From: the human T2T-CHM13v2.0 reference genome, Homo sapiens
Reading direction: 5' to 3' (one strand)
Assembly: GCF_009914755.1 (NCBI RefSeq)
Contig: NC_060934.1
Length of the DNA stretch: 64,000 nucleotides
The notes under the pieces are model-generated. The model was not told the DNA's origin and searched no databases. It saw only the letters and a program-made list of their open reading frames with translations. The stretch's first letter is position 1. Each line of letters starts with the position of its first letter. A program made the position numbers and the translations under genes. Positions 39,350-52,189 of the stretch are shown here, one piece after another.

Positions 39350-41026
39350 TCCATGGTTTTACTGTATCCATGAACATAGCTCAGATCTTGTTACCAACTT
39401 ATAGGGATACAAACCTAAGAAGCTTAATAACTTTATGACTAAACATTCTGAGTTATAATAAGGTAGGGGTGGGCACTATTTTAGCAAGTGTGAGGTATCT
39501 ATTAAATAAAGAATAGTTTATGGTCAAAATAATTTTTGCTTTGTTCCACACAAAAATCATGTAATTTCTCACAATTTTCTCTTTGATTTAATTTGATGAA
39601 GAATTCTTTCCACCTGATTTCAAGTTCTTTTAGAGTTTCAGGTTGAATTCTTTATAAACTCTTTCAGACTTTACCATAAGTCAAAACCATCTCAGTGGGA
39701 CTTCTGGAGCTGACTCCATTTCAGTAGAAGTTTGCAAGCTTCTGTCTATTGGGGTTAAGTTCAGATTGGTTAGAAATTCTGAAACTGTGGTTTTGGTTTC
39801 AGGAAGGAGTGCTAGCATTTGGTTTGGTTGTTCTACAAATGCCTTTGGGCTCTAGTTTGCGGCCTAGTGTTTCAATGGAAGACAATACATGAGGAATTTG
39901 ATTCTACCTATAATTCGGCCATTCTTTGTGACTCTCATCACACCTTAGTACTTAGTACTTAGAGTACATAGTATTTCAGACCAGTTGCTGAATGTGGTTC
40001 CCCATTTCAGTACTTTCAGCCCCCAAAGCCTCCCAGATAGATGAAAAAATGGAAAACTTGAAGTACAAATGAGAATTATTCCTCTGTGTTAATATTATTG
40101 CCCTTCCTCTACTCATGCTTCCTTTCCTTCCTTCCTCTTTCTCTGTCTCACACTCTGTCTCTCTCTATTCATCCCCCAAACTACTTTGAAAACAATAATC
40201 GCAGACAAAGAATAGAGAAAAGAAGGAACCTACTCATTCTCAAGTATCTAGGGTTGGACAGAGCCACAGATAAAATTTGTGGTCCCTGGTCCCTAAGTCC
40301 TTAGAGCTCTGCTGAGACAAATATCAAAGACAACAGCTGTGCAGCAGTTTCTCAGAGGAGTCAAAATTTGGCTACATCTTTAGGGATTCAGATCCTTGTC
40401 TAAAGAAGATTTTCCGGCCCTTAAAATTGAAGAAGTTATGACATATTACTGAAGATGTGTTCCCTCCTCCACCCCCAACCCTGCTTCCTTTCTTTCCTTT
40501 CTTCCTTGGTGGTGGTAAATATTTTATCACTGTGAAAATAACTTAGGTGATGGATGATTCTAAAAGGCATTTCACCCACCCTTACAATGATGTAGTCAGG
40601 CCCAGTTGTTTAATGATTATGCCTCATGGTTAAATTGTTTCAATGACATTTGCATTGCTTTCTATAGATAAAATACTTATTTTCAACAGGTAAATACCTA
40701 GGATGAATTAGCCCTGACTGTACTGCTCTTGGTATTAGTGAGCTGGTTTTTAAACTGGCCAATACATGGTCACCTAGGACATTCAACCTTAGTATGAGCA
40801 ATGTGTTAAGCGACTCTGACATCATAAGGATATACGTTTTCCATTTTGTCTTGGGCCTGAGAAAGGCAATCAGGGCATTTTCTGAAGCTGCTCTTGTGTA
40901 CTAAATCATTCTTTCTTTGTCCCGTGGATGAAGCGATCCTGGTTCAGAGGAAATGGTATGAAAAGATTCTAACCACTGGCCTTGTGTGAATTTGAGGAAA
41001 AGTACATGGCTCATTTATTTGTCATT

Positions 41027-41283
41027 AAAAACCAAACACCACATGTTCTCACTCATAGGTGGGAATTGAACAACGAGAACACGTGGACACAGGAAGAGGA
41101 ACATCACACACCGGGGCCTGTTGTGGGGTGGGGGGAGGAGGGGAGGGATCGCATTAGGAGATATACCTAATGTCAAATGACGAGTTAATGGGTGCCACAC
41201 ACCAACATGGCACATGTATACCTATGTAACAAAACTGCACGCTGTGCACATGCACCCTAAAACTTAAAGCAGAATTTAAAAAA
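41027..41283 (+). mobile_element. Young L1PA (L1PA3/4-like) extreme 3' fragment
   Basis: aaaaccaaacaccacatgttctcactcataggtgggaattgaac...G-tract...aaatgacgagttaatggg...ccctaaaacttaaag. Confidence 0.95.
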
Positions 41284-42559
41284 GATAGAATGTGATGTGC
41301 ATCCAGCGAAAAATAAGATATATTAGAGAAGCATTATGAAAAAAAAATGTACAGCCAAATCAGTGCAATATTGTACGTGTATCTCAAAAGCTTTGCCACT
41401 AATGAGATTATATTTTTCTTTTAAATGAGGCACATTAAGTTCTAAAATTCAAACAAACCTCTTTCTATCCTACTCAAAACCTTCTGAAGAGCTTCATGAC
41501 GTCAAAGATGTGGGAAATTTAACTGAGTTAAGTGCTTTATACTAGAGTTAAGTTTTGAATTCTCATTGGAGTAGTGTTTTTTGCAGAGTTCACATAGTAA
41601 TTTCAGAGTTTGTGGCATTACCAAAGACTCACAGGATCATAGCAGAGAATGGATAAATCAATAAAGGCTCTCATGCCTGACATTCTATTTTCTCTTAGTT
41701 GATTGCTTTCTTCCAAAAAATAAGAAAACCCAAAACCCTATATTCCCCAAAGTACGATCTTGTGCTAAAATATTGCTTTTTGAGCCTAAAATTTCCTGTT
41801 CTTGCTACTGTGTAAAGCCCATGGTTCATATTAATATAGATTATTGATTTCACTAACTCTCTCCAGTAAACTTGAGGTATTCTGGGTAAGAACTTAGACT
41901 AAGTGTAGAAGTAGACAGCAAATGATTAAACCTGTGACACATGCCAAGTCTCATAATTCTTATAATCATATCCCTTAGGTCAAATCGAAAAACCATGTGA
42001 AGATGCCATGGCCTTTTTTTTCTCCAGAGCTACCAGTCACACTTCCTAAATCTTCATACCCAAGGAGGGTGACCTTCACAGACTACATGGTTCTCCAGCC
42101 GAATATATGCACTTTCCCGCTGGATCCACCAAACAAATAAATAATGGTAAAGCAAGAAAATTCAATATCTTAACTACAATAAAGTCATCCTGAATAGGTA
42201 CAATAGAATAGGCCCAGCAACCCAGACAAAATGCTTCGTTCCCCTTTTCTGTTTTGTATTTTAAGTCTGTGCATGAAAAAAAGACTTCATGCTTATATGA
42301 AAAAGGATTCTCCTGATTTAGTGACAGTAGGACCTGTATTTTTGGTGTCTTCCACACACTCTGATTCAGGTTGTCTTTATGTAACAAGCATTTACTCTGA
42401 ACCTACTAAGAACCTGGCACCACGTTGAGTGCTTAATGAACAGTTCTTGCTTTTAACAGCTCACATCTAGTATAGCAACAGCTGAAGTAGCAGGTAGATA
42501 TAATGTGATATTGTGAGTGCTGAACTAAAGAGATACAGGTACAAATAGTTTTAAAAATG

Positions 42560-43034
42560 CTAAAGAAATTGAATGAGTCAAGATTGGGTTCACATGCAAA
42601 TGATAGAAAATATAAGTTTAGTTCTTTCCACATAGACAATTTTTGGTAGTAGGCAGTCCAAGCTGCCCACTGTCTCCACAGTCACCAGGAACTCAGCTTC
42701 CTGCTATCTAGATACTCTGCTGTCATCAACACTTGACTTCCACCTCATGGCTATTCAAGCATCAGCCACCAAATCAATAATCTAGCAAGCAGAAAGAGGA
42801 AAGGAGTGAAGAATGCCATGCTCTCCTCTCTTTAAGGACACTTCTAGAAGCACAGCACTTCTGACTACATCCTGTTCACCAAACCTTGACCATACGACTG
42901 GCCATACCTGGCAGCAAGAGAGGCTGATACAGTCTTTATTCTGGAAAGCCATATGCTGGCTGCAAACTGGAAGTTCATTAACTGAGTAATAAGAGAGGTC
43001 AGTTATTAGAAGATAATGGACTTTTTCTGCCTCA
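42560..43034 (-). mobile_element. MLT1J-like LTR between L2 remnants
   Basis: aggcagtccaagctg...caccaggaactcagcttcc...gccatacctggcagcaagagaggctg...tctgcctca. Confidence 0.6.
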
Positions 43035-43664
43035 GGATTTCAGGCCCGGGAGAAAAAATTTTATCTGGAAAGGAAGAGCATGTCTGGAAGGCTTCCTGGA
43101 GGTGACATTTAGTCTGGGTTTCTGAGGAAGGGAAGGAGTATATCGAATAAAAAATCAAAGGAGGCACTATACAGGCAAAGGGAGCAGTACCAGAGTTGGC
43201 ACTCAGAAACAGCTAGCCTGAGTATGAAATGTAATCAGTCACAATAGATCCATTTTATGCTGAGTGAGAATCTAAAGGAAATATTTCACAATGTTCTCAA
43301 TATCTGAGCAATTTTGTCTAATCACATGCATCTAGCTGCTAAAGACTAAATTATCACATCATGCTCACAGAAGTGAAACATAATTAGAAAATATATTTAT
43401 TGAAATCATTGTCCATGTACATTAAATTGGATAATCACTTGTTAAATTAGGAAAGATATTCAGAAAGTTAATTAATCTTGGATTTCGGTTATGACATGTA
43501 GCAAGTGTGAAACAACCATCTCTAAGGCCATTTACACACATGTTCATTTATTAATAGGCATCACAATAGCATAACATCTTGCTTAAAACAAAGAAACAAT
43601 TAGTCCTGAAACAGAAAAGCACACAACACAGAACAGGCAGGATAGCATAGTGATAGTAATAACA

Positions 43665-43905
43665 ACAGCACACACTTAGCAAATACTTGCTACGTGCCAG
43701 GTATTCTTCTAAGCACTTGGCACATATGAACTTCCTTAATCTTCACAACACTGCGAGCTAGGTTTCTATCACTGTCTCCATTTTTACTGAGGAGGAACTG
43801 AGGCTCGGAGAGGTTAAGTAACTTGCTCAAAGTCCCTTGGCTGATATATAGGGACACACAAACACAAACCCATGCAGCCCAGATCCTTAACCACTCTACT
43901 AGGTC
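43665..43905 (-). mobile_element. MIR, near full length
   Basis: tacttgctacgtgccaggtattcttctaagcactt...gaggaactgaggctcggagaggttaagtaacttgctcaaagtc. Confidence 0.88.
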
Positions 43906-43929
43906 ATAAAAGGAAGAGGGTTATGGGAT

Positions 43930-44082
43930 AGATCCCACCTCTATGACTAACTAGCAATGAGACTCTTGGGTAAGTTATTTCACCCCTCTTTGTCTTAGTT
44001 TCTTTGTTACTGTGACTGAATAAGAGGCTGCATGTAAAAGTTGTCTCCTGGGGCCTGGCACAAAGTAAGTGCTCAGTAGTTA
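43930..44082 (+). mobile_element. MIR
   Basis: cttgggtaagttatttcacccctctttgtcttagtttc...gcctggcacaaagtaagtgctca. Confidence 0.7.
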
Positions 44083-44086
44083 AAAG

Positions 44087-44220
44087 GGCCTGGCATGGCG
44101 GCTTGTACTTGTAATCTCAACTACACGGGAGGCTAAGGCAGGAAGAATCACTTGAGGCCAGGAGTTTGAGATCACTCTGGGCAACATACTGAGACCCCCT
44201 ACTTAAATTTTTTTTAAAAA
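44087..44220 (+). mobile_element. FLAM (free left Alu monomer)
   Basis: ggcctggcatggcggcttgtacttgtaatctcaactacacgggaggct...gaggccaggagtttgag...ctgggcaacatactgagacccc; single arm. Confidence 0.85.
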
Positions 44221-45453
44221 TGGCTGAAAGGTTTAATGAGATCGAGTTATTAATTATAAAGACTAGCCAATATTTGGTCCTTAAATACACTAACAAAAAG
44301 GCAGACCAAAAACTATTTCTGACACGCTGTTAAATTCTCTTTCAAAAGAATAAAATCTCTCTTTCTTCTACCCATTTACCCCAGTCCCCTGAGGTCTGTC
44401 TCTCTGCTGGTTCTTGAGTTTGAGCTGCTTTTTACAGCCATCTGTTACAGTGTTGTGTAACAACAAACAATATCCTCCTAAAAATGTTTACAAATGCTTC
44501 TTACATTAGGGCTGTATATTTTTTCATTATGCTGTGGCATCTCCATTGAAAAATTATTTTAATCATTGCAAACTGAATTACACAAGGATAATGCATAAAG
44601 AGATAGTACTTAAAAGGCTGAATGTACATTAATTGCTTCAGCTAATGAAAGAAACATGACTTAGCCAATGCACACAACATGAATCCTAAGATGCATGGAC
44701 AATTGACTACGGTAATAAAACAAGTATTAGTGTGTTAAATCTGAAATCCTCATTATGCTTCATGCAGCAAAACCGACTGTGTACCTGCTGTTCAGTGTGC
44801 ATTTCCTCCTCTTGACACCAAGAGCTAATTATAGAACAAGGCACAGAGTGAAAGCATGTGACCTACGTTTGGGGACCTTCAACAACACTGCAAAGTTATG
44901 TTTGGTGACTTCTTATTTTCTTTTTAAGCTGATAAAATATGTGTTGGCCTAAATGATTTTGGAATATCTTGATGTTCTGTAGGCAATTTTAATTAAAATA
45001 TGAATTATTTATATATGCACACAGTTTATTTCACTTACATTGGGATCTTGCTTTATCTCCCTTGGCTCTATCAATTAGTAAATTGTTAATGCAGGGATAA
45101 TTTATGTCACAGTGTTCAAGATGCTGGCCATTGATTTCTTTGCCTGTCTTTCATTTCACGAACCCAAAGTAAAGATGATGATAAAATCATGGCATTTAAG
45201 AGATAAGAAGAGAAGTAAATGTCTTCTTATTGCTGCTTATCTAGAATCACATGGCATAAATGTTATAGTAAGTTATAAACAGACTGCATTAACCTACCAC
45301 CTTCCATTTATAGAGTAAAAATATCATGTTATTAGGAACCTCACAAAAAGCTGATATACTTTAAACCACCACCCCCATTTTTGAGAAACTTTGAGGGCAC
45401 TACCAATATACTTCAAGGGATATGAACAGTTGGCTTAATTCAAAGTAACTGCT

Positions 45454-45817
45454 TGATATGGTTTGGCTTTGTGTCCCCACCCAAATCTCATATTGAATTG
45501 TAATCCCATAATCCCCACGTGTTGTGGGAGGGACCCAGTGGGAGGTGATTGAATCATGGGGGTGGTTTCCCCCATGCTGTTCTCGTGATAGTGAGTGATT
45601 TCTCAAGAAATCTATGGTTTTATAAGCATCTGGCATTTCCCCTGCTTGGGTTCATTTTCTCTCCTGCTGCCCTGTGAAGCAGTGCCTTCCACCATAATTG
45701 TAAGTTTCTTGAGGCCTCCCTGGCCGTGTGGAACTTTCAGTCGATTAAACCTCTTTTCTTTATAAATTACCCAGTCTCATATATTTCTTCATAGCAGCGT
45801 GAGAACAAACCAATTAC
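45454..45817 (+). mobile_element. THE1C-type MaLR solo LTR
   Basis: tgatatggtttggctttgtgtccccacccaaatctcat...catctggcatttcccctgc...attaaacctcttttctttataaattacccagtctc. Confidence 0.93.
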
Positions 45818-46924
45818 CATAAGTGGGAAAAGAAAGTATTTCTTTTCTGGTAGAACCAGATCTAGAAAATAAATCTTTTTCTCTTTCATAGTTTATACTA
45901 CATGTTGTCTTTTTAAATTATTTTCTCATAAAGCCTTGGATATGTTTAAATGTATTTCTTTTGTGTTTCTTCCCAGATTTGTAAATTGATGACTTTGGTG
46001 CCAACTAGCCTCACATTTTGGATGGACACAAGGGCCTTTCAGAGTTCTTTTTAAAAAAAAAATGTTGGGCAAAATTCTCTTTAACTGGCAATACTTAAGA
46101 ACTCTGCAGATCAGATTTTAGGTGATTTATTTAGATGTTTTTGTCTCTGAAGAAAATGATATATTGGCTTATTTATTGTTTCGACTAGCTAGTATATACT
46201 CTTTTGATCAATATTATTTTAATTTTTCAATTTTTCTAGTTCATTTATCAGAGTTCTTTAGAGATACCATTTGGAAGCATCTGCGAAGCCAAGTCAGCAA
46301 CAGCCATACTTCAACAGCAAAAGTATAAATTAAGTAGAAACCCCAGGATCTCAATAAGTGACATTATGGGAAATTTTACTCTAAGGGTAGATTACAGAAA
46401 AAGTGGAAAATTTGTGGGAAGAGGTGAGAGAAATAAGGGGAAATGTTTTCAATCTATTCAACCTATGGTTCTAAATGATAATGCACACCAGAACTGCCCA
46501 AAGAACCTTTTATACATTTGGTCTTCAGGACCTACTCTGCAAAGATTCATCACATCCCAGCAGGGTCCTGGAAATCTGTATCACTCACAGATTACCTGAA
46601 ACTAGTATAGAAACTGTCCAGAAGTGTTGATTTCCAAAAATTAAACATTTTTTACTCATTTAGTTACTCAACAAATATTCAGTGAGCCCTTAAGCCCTAC
46701 CCCCAATCTTAGCCTTCAAGGAGGGCTTGAGGGAGTCTGGTAAGGAAGATAGATGAGAAAATAGCCAAGTTCAATTCAGCAAGATAAGTGGGTAAGAATG
46801 GGATGCTATGAGGAACATGGATCATTTAACCCAGTCTAAGATGTCATAAAGGGTTGGAGGAGATGGTTTCTAAGCTGAAACCGGCAAGGTAAAGAATAAG
46901 CAAAAGGTAGGAGGACTTGGCCTC

Positions 46925-46955
46925 TGTGTGTGTGTGTGTGTGTTTGTGTGTGTTG
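46925..46955. repeat. (TG)n microsatellite
   Basis: Read directly. Confidence 0.85.
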
Positions 46956-47311
46956 TGTTTTGCAAGGAGGCTGTGGGTTGTGGGGCTGGAGGAGGAGAAG
47001 GTGTGAGAAAGGTTAAGGAACTTGTTAAGACACATTTTCAGGTCTCAAGGAGCTTACAATGTAATTGGGGAGATAAATGATGGCAAAAGATTTTGGTAAC
47101 AGATGAAGACAAGAGAAGTGACTTCCTAGGAAGCCTTTTGATCAATTACCAATGGAATAATGCAGACTCAGCATGCTACAGGATTTCTCTGGAGAAAGTA
47201 TCTAGTTTCTTCCAGCAATAAAATTCTGTGATCTACAGACTTCATTCTGTAGTGGGAAAAAAGGTTTCATAGAAGAGGTAGGGATTCCACTGGGGACTGA
47301 AGTATGGGTAG

Positions 47312-47463
47312 ATTTTTATAACTTTTTATTCTGATAGAATTTTAAGCTTACAGAAAAGTTACAAAAATACTATAAATCACCTTATGTTGTATCCATATTC
47401 ACCGACTTACATCTTGCCCTATTTGCTTTTGTGCTCTCTCTTGCTCTGCGCACACACACACAC

Positions 47464-47499
<36 letters not shown>

Positions 47500-48760
47500 A
47501 CACCACAGATCCATTTTTTTTCTGAACCATTTGAGAGCAAGTTAGAGACATTGTGCTTCTTTACTCCTGAATACTTTGGTGTATATCTCCCAAGAAAAGA
47601 ACATATACTCACATCTCACAGTAAAATAAACATGATATTTAATATTGATATAATACTATTATCTAATTGACAATCTTTCATCAAATTTTGTCAGTTGCTT
47701 CAATTATGTTCTTTATAGACTTTTCTTTCTTAGTACAGGATACAATTCAGATTCATGTATTGCATGTAGTTGTCTCTGTAATTGTCCATTCACTTAAACA
47801 GCTCTTTAACTTTTCTTTGTCTTTATTGATCCTGGCATTTTTGAGAAATACAAACCAGTTTTTTTGTAGAACATCCCTCAGTTTGGGTTTTTCCATTGTT
47901 TCTTTATGATTAAGTTCAGGTTGTACACTTTTAGACAGAAAGAAGAGAAGTTAGGTTGTGTCATTCTCAATTTATTATAGAAGGAGACACATAATATAGG
48001 TTTGCCTGAATACTGGTGATGCCAACATTGATAACTTGGTGGGGTGTCCTCTAGCCTTCTTCACTAGCATTATTCATTTTCCCCCTTGTTATTAATGAGA
48101 ATTTTGTGGGAAATACTTTGAGGCTATATAAGTATCATGTTCCTTATCAGGCTTTCATACGATAGCTTGAACATCCGTCAGTGATTTTCTAATCTGTCAT
48201 TGCTTCTATATTTATATTACTCCATCTATATTACTATAAGGAAGAGCTTTCCTGGCTCCCCTGTCTATTTATTCATTTATTTATATCAGTATGGGCTCAT
48301 GGATTTTATTTTTTTTAATGGATTATAATCCACCACTGTCATTATTTATTTTCATGTTCAAATTTTCTCTGATTTTACCACTGGGAGTCCCTTCAAATTG
48401 GTTCCCGTGTCCTTTTGCTAGGTTCCATTGTATTTTGAACACTTTCTTACTTTCTGGAGTGGTATACTACTTCAAGCTTATGTTGTATTTTCCCTGTTCA
48501 AACCTTAGAATCTACCTTATGTCCAAGAAGTACTGGTTCCTAGTACCAAAATCTAGGTGCACTCATTGCTACTGGGGTCACAGTTTTTCTAGATTCCCTC
48601 GTTGGACAGGCTAGGATATAGATATCTCTATTTCTCTATTTATTTATCTATATTTTAAAAACCATGAGTTCATACTGATAATGGTAGATTCTAGTCTTTC
48701 TTGCCTTCATATTTCTCCAATTGCCAACAGTGAGAAACCTAGCTCAGAATACATACATTT
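47312..48760 (-). mobile_element. L1MC4/5-like 3' end
   Basis: ttttaagcttacagaaaagttacaaaaata...tttttctgaaccatttgagagcaagtt...ccatgagttcatactgata. Confidence 0.8.
47449..47503. repeat. (CA)n microsatellite inside L1MC
   Basis: ~26 CA units with two interruptions. Confidence 0.95.
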
Positions 48761-50654
48761 TTAAAAGGCAGAGAAAAATAAGGAAGTTTTTCTGATCTTG
48801 AAGGATCTGTGAGATATCCAGGTGGAGATGGGTCTGGATCTGAGTTATCTCTATCAGTGAGAAAATTCCCATTGACTTATGGCAATTTATGAAGTAGAAT
48901 AAATGCTAAGAATGTTGCAGTTGCAGGATCTGCATTGGAGTGAAGATTTTTTATTCACATATATGCCTTCCATTTTATACACAAAGAAAACATCATCTCT
49001 GGCTTTCATTGGTGGAGGATGGGGAGCCCCCTCAGTGCAAGAGGCTTGCATTGAAGTTAGTGGCTCCTTGTTTTTAACAGTGAGATATTTAAGGTTAACC
49101 TCCTATTGAACTATTTGTGGTGTCAGGTTTCTATACCAGGCAAGCTTGACCATAATTCCTATAAAACAAAACTCTCCTAAAAAACCTTCTTTCTAATAAA
49201 TTTGGTTAAGAAGTTCATCTTTCAGGCTAAATGGTAAAACCTCTTCAAAACATAATTGCTGAGCTTTTGTTCAGGACTGAAGGAATCTCTTTTCATGACC
49301 TGTCTCCTTTCATAAACTTTCTAATCATGGACAGTCATTACAATGCTAGCCATGGTTGAGCAAGATTACTTTTACTAGTGATCCGCTGAAGGTAACTTGA
49401 GACTGCAAAACCAGATGCCAGAGTATCATTTATTTTTCAGCATGTGGTGAGAGAAAAGTCATTTTAAAGCTTTTTGCTAAGGTATGTGGGGATCACAAAA
49501 TGTTTCCAAGTTAGACCAATGACTGTTTGCTTCTTCCTATCAGAGAAGGTACACTGAGTACTGGATGAACAAATTCTCTCAGCTGGGAGGTGTGAAATTG
49601 TGGCAATTGGAAAGAAAATTTTCCCTCTTCCAGGTGAAAAGAATTGTAGAAAATAATACTTTAACTGAAACCTTGGCCCAAGACACAGACTATTCCTTAT
49701 AGGGTTACAAAGCTTGGAAGAACTTAACTTGATTACATGGAAGGTGTCAAGATCTAAGCCAGGCCAAAAAAATATGCCTGAAGCAAGGAAATTAAATATT
49801 TACATCAGGACTAATGCTTTTTGCCTTTTAACTGGAAGGGCAAGAGAGATTAACACAGGCCTGGCTCCTGAAACAAATATTTTGTCTATTTGGTGAAGTG
49901 TATTTCTGGGATAATTTTTTCTTTATATCTGAATTAGTTTTCCAGCCAGAGCCAGACTAATCAATAAGTGACGCAGGCATAGATTGATGTCTCCTGTTCC
50001 CCTCCTCTTATGATCTCCTCACCTACTCCCCAAAGTCTGACACTCCATTAACAAAGGGCTGCTTGTGTGCCATAATCATTTTGTAATAAAGAAACCAAAT
50101 AATGTAGATAAAATATTTAACGTGGTGCATGTCACATAGAAAATACTCAATATTTAACAGTAATGATTATTATTTCACAGTTTCAAAGGTAGCTTCACAA
50201 AACTAGTTTTTGAGATGTCACATTATTTCCTTTAGATAAAATTGAATTCAGCTCTGAGTCTTTTTCTTTGTTCTCTTTCATTGGTAGGAAATTTTCTTTC
50301 AGTCATTATTAGGCTACCCCCTCCCAGTCCTGTGGCCTAATAGAGAAAAGAGTAGTTGTCTAAATACATATGGCCATTCACTGTTAGGGAACACTTGTAT
50401 CTGCCTTGCTTGGTCCTGGGACTTTGCTGCACACTCTAAGGCCAAGGGCCTAGACCCCTGTGGGCCACCATTTAGTCCCTCTCCACTGAGGTCCCACAAG
50501 CTCTCTTTAGTGCTAGGGGTGAGTTCAGACCCAGTTCCCGAGGGACCCTCAGAATTTGTCCTGGACTTGGGGGTTCCCCTCTCTCCTGTTACTTTCTTTT
50601 CCCTCATTTATTCCTATGTCATATTTGCAAAGTCTCTCTCCTTTCACCCCTATA

Positions 50655-50848
50655 GCAGGGTCTCCAGATTTAGAAAAAAGAAAAGAAAAGAAAAAAAATC
50701 TCTGCCCAATTAAATTTGAATTTCAGATTAACAACATTTTTTTTTAGTATAAATATGTTCCATGCAATTCTTGGGACAAACACTAAAAAAATCATTTATC
50801 TAAAATGTATATTTAACTTGGCATTCTATATTTTATCTGGCAGCATTA
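50655..50848. mobile_element. MER53 palindromic hAT-like MITE
   Basis: cagggtctccagatttag...gcccaattaaatttgaatttcagat...ttttagtataaatatgttcca...tgggaca...tttaacttggcattctatattttatctggcagc; the arms are reverse-complementary. Confidence 0.85.
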
Positions 50849-51712
50849 CCCTAAGGGTTTCTGCTTTGGAAAGACCCAGGAATGGAAGTTTTGGGTAGGG
50901 TCAGATCTTTCAGTGCAAATATTCATTGAGATAGAAGAACAATCTGCATAGACTTAGAAAGGTACAGGGGAAAACCCAGGATCGACAAAATAAAAAATAA
51001 TATCCATAAATAATCCTGTTACTCTCGTCATCATTGTAGTTTCCATCATCATGTTTATTCCCATCATGATCATTGCCCAAGGTGAGTTGTTGTTAAAGAC
51101 TCAAGCCCCCTGGGGAAGGCCATAATTCATGGATCTTTTTCTGAACACAGTTTAAATTAAGATAAAAGAGAAGGAGAAACTAGGAGGCATGGGAAGGATG
51201 CAAGCTGAGTCAGTGGAACAGAAAGCAAGAGGAAGAGGTTAGGGCCAGAAAGGCAGCTTTACAGCTCATAATTTCACTGATTGGCTTGACTCGGGCAGCA
51301 CAGGCTGGTAGAACACACTCTAGCCTGACTTCATTCAAGTCTCAGCACCACCACCACCAAGCCATGTAGCTTGGGCAGGTCACTTGACTTGTTCCTCCAG
51401 CTGAAATCCCTCATGAGATTCAAACCCAGCAATGCACCCAAATGTTTCCTAAGTGCCCCAAAGTCAACATGTACAAATGCAAATGCAAACTCATCTTCCT
51501 CTTCTCCAGACCTGCCATCTCTATATTAGTGAAATGATACCACCATCTTCACAGGGATCAAGGCAGGACACCTACAAGTCATCTTAGACCTAGCTGCAAT
51601 GTGTTACTCCTGGTGACTGCCACAGTGAATTACCTGGCTGGTAAAGCCTACATCCTCTGCCTCCTTCTCTGCTATGAAAAGTGAGGAGCTTCTCAGACAG
51701 AAGAGGCCCATT

Positions 51713-52189
51713 TGAGGTAGGAGCTGGGACTTTACTTTGGAGGCAGGGCTTAGACTACAGGCCAGATTGAAGACTGGCTTAAACAGGGAAAAGGAAAACA
51801 CCTCTCCATGAGACATGCCCAACAGTGCCATGTCAGTTTACCATTGCCATGGTAACACCCAGAAGCTACCATCCCTTTCCATGGCAATGAACGAATGATC
51901 CACAAGTTACCACCTCTTTTCTAGAAATTTCTGGATAATCTACCCTTTAATTTGTGTAGAATTAAAATTAGGTATAAATATGACTGTAGAACTGCACCTG
52001 AGCTGCTACTCTGGGCATACTGCCTATGGATCAGCCCTGTTCTTCAAAAGCAGTACCTCTGCTGTATACTACCACCTCAATAAAAGTTGCTGTCTATTAC
52101 CACCACTTTGCTCTTGAATTCTTTCCTGGGCAAAGTCAAGAACCCTCCCAGGCTAAGCCCCAATCTGAGGCTTTGCTTGTCCTGCATCA
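51713..52189 (+). mobile_element. ERV1 solo LTR (LTR19-like)
   Basis: TG...CA termini (tgaggtaggag ... gtcctgcatca), TATAAAT at ~51973, AATAAA at 52079, 4-bp flanks CATT/CATC; family name from recall. Confidence 0.82.

Noticed and set aside
39945-39963. 7-bp tandem cttagta x2.7
   Set aside because: Short slippage repeat of no evident significance.
41284-41350. Possible L1 3' transduction (second short A run after the L1 tail)
   Set aside because: No TSD could be matched on either side, and the A run is only ~9 nt.
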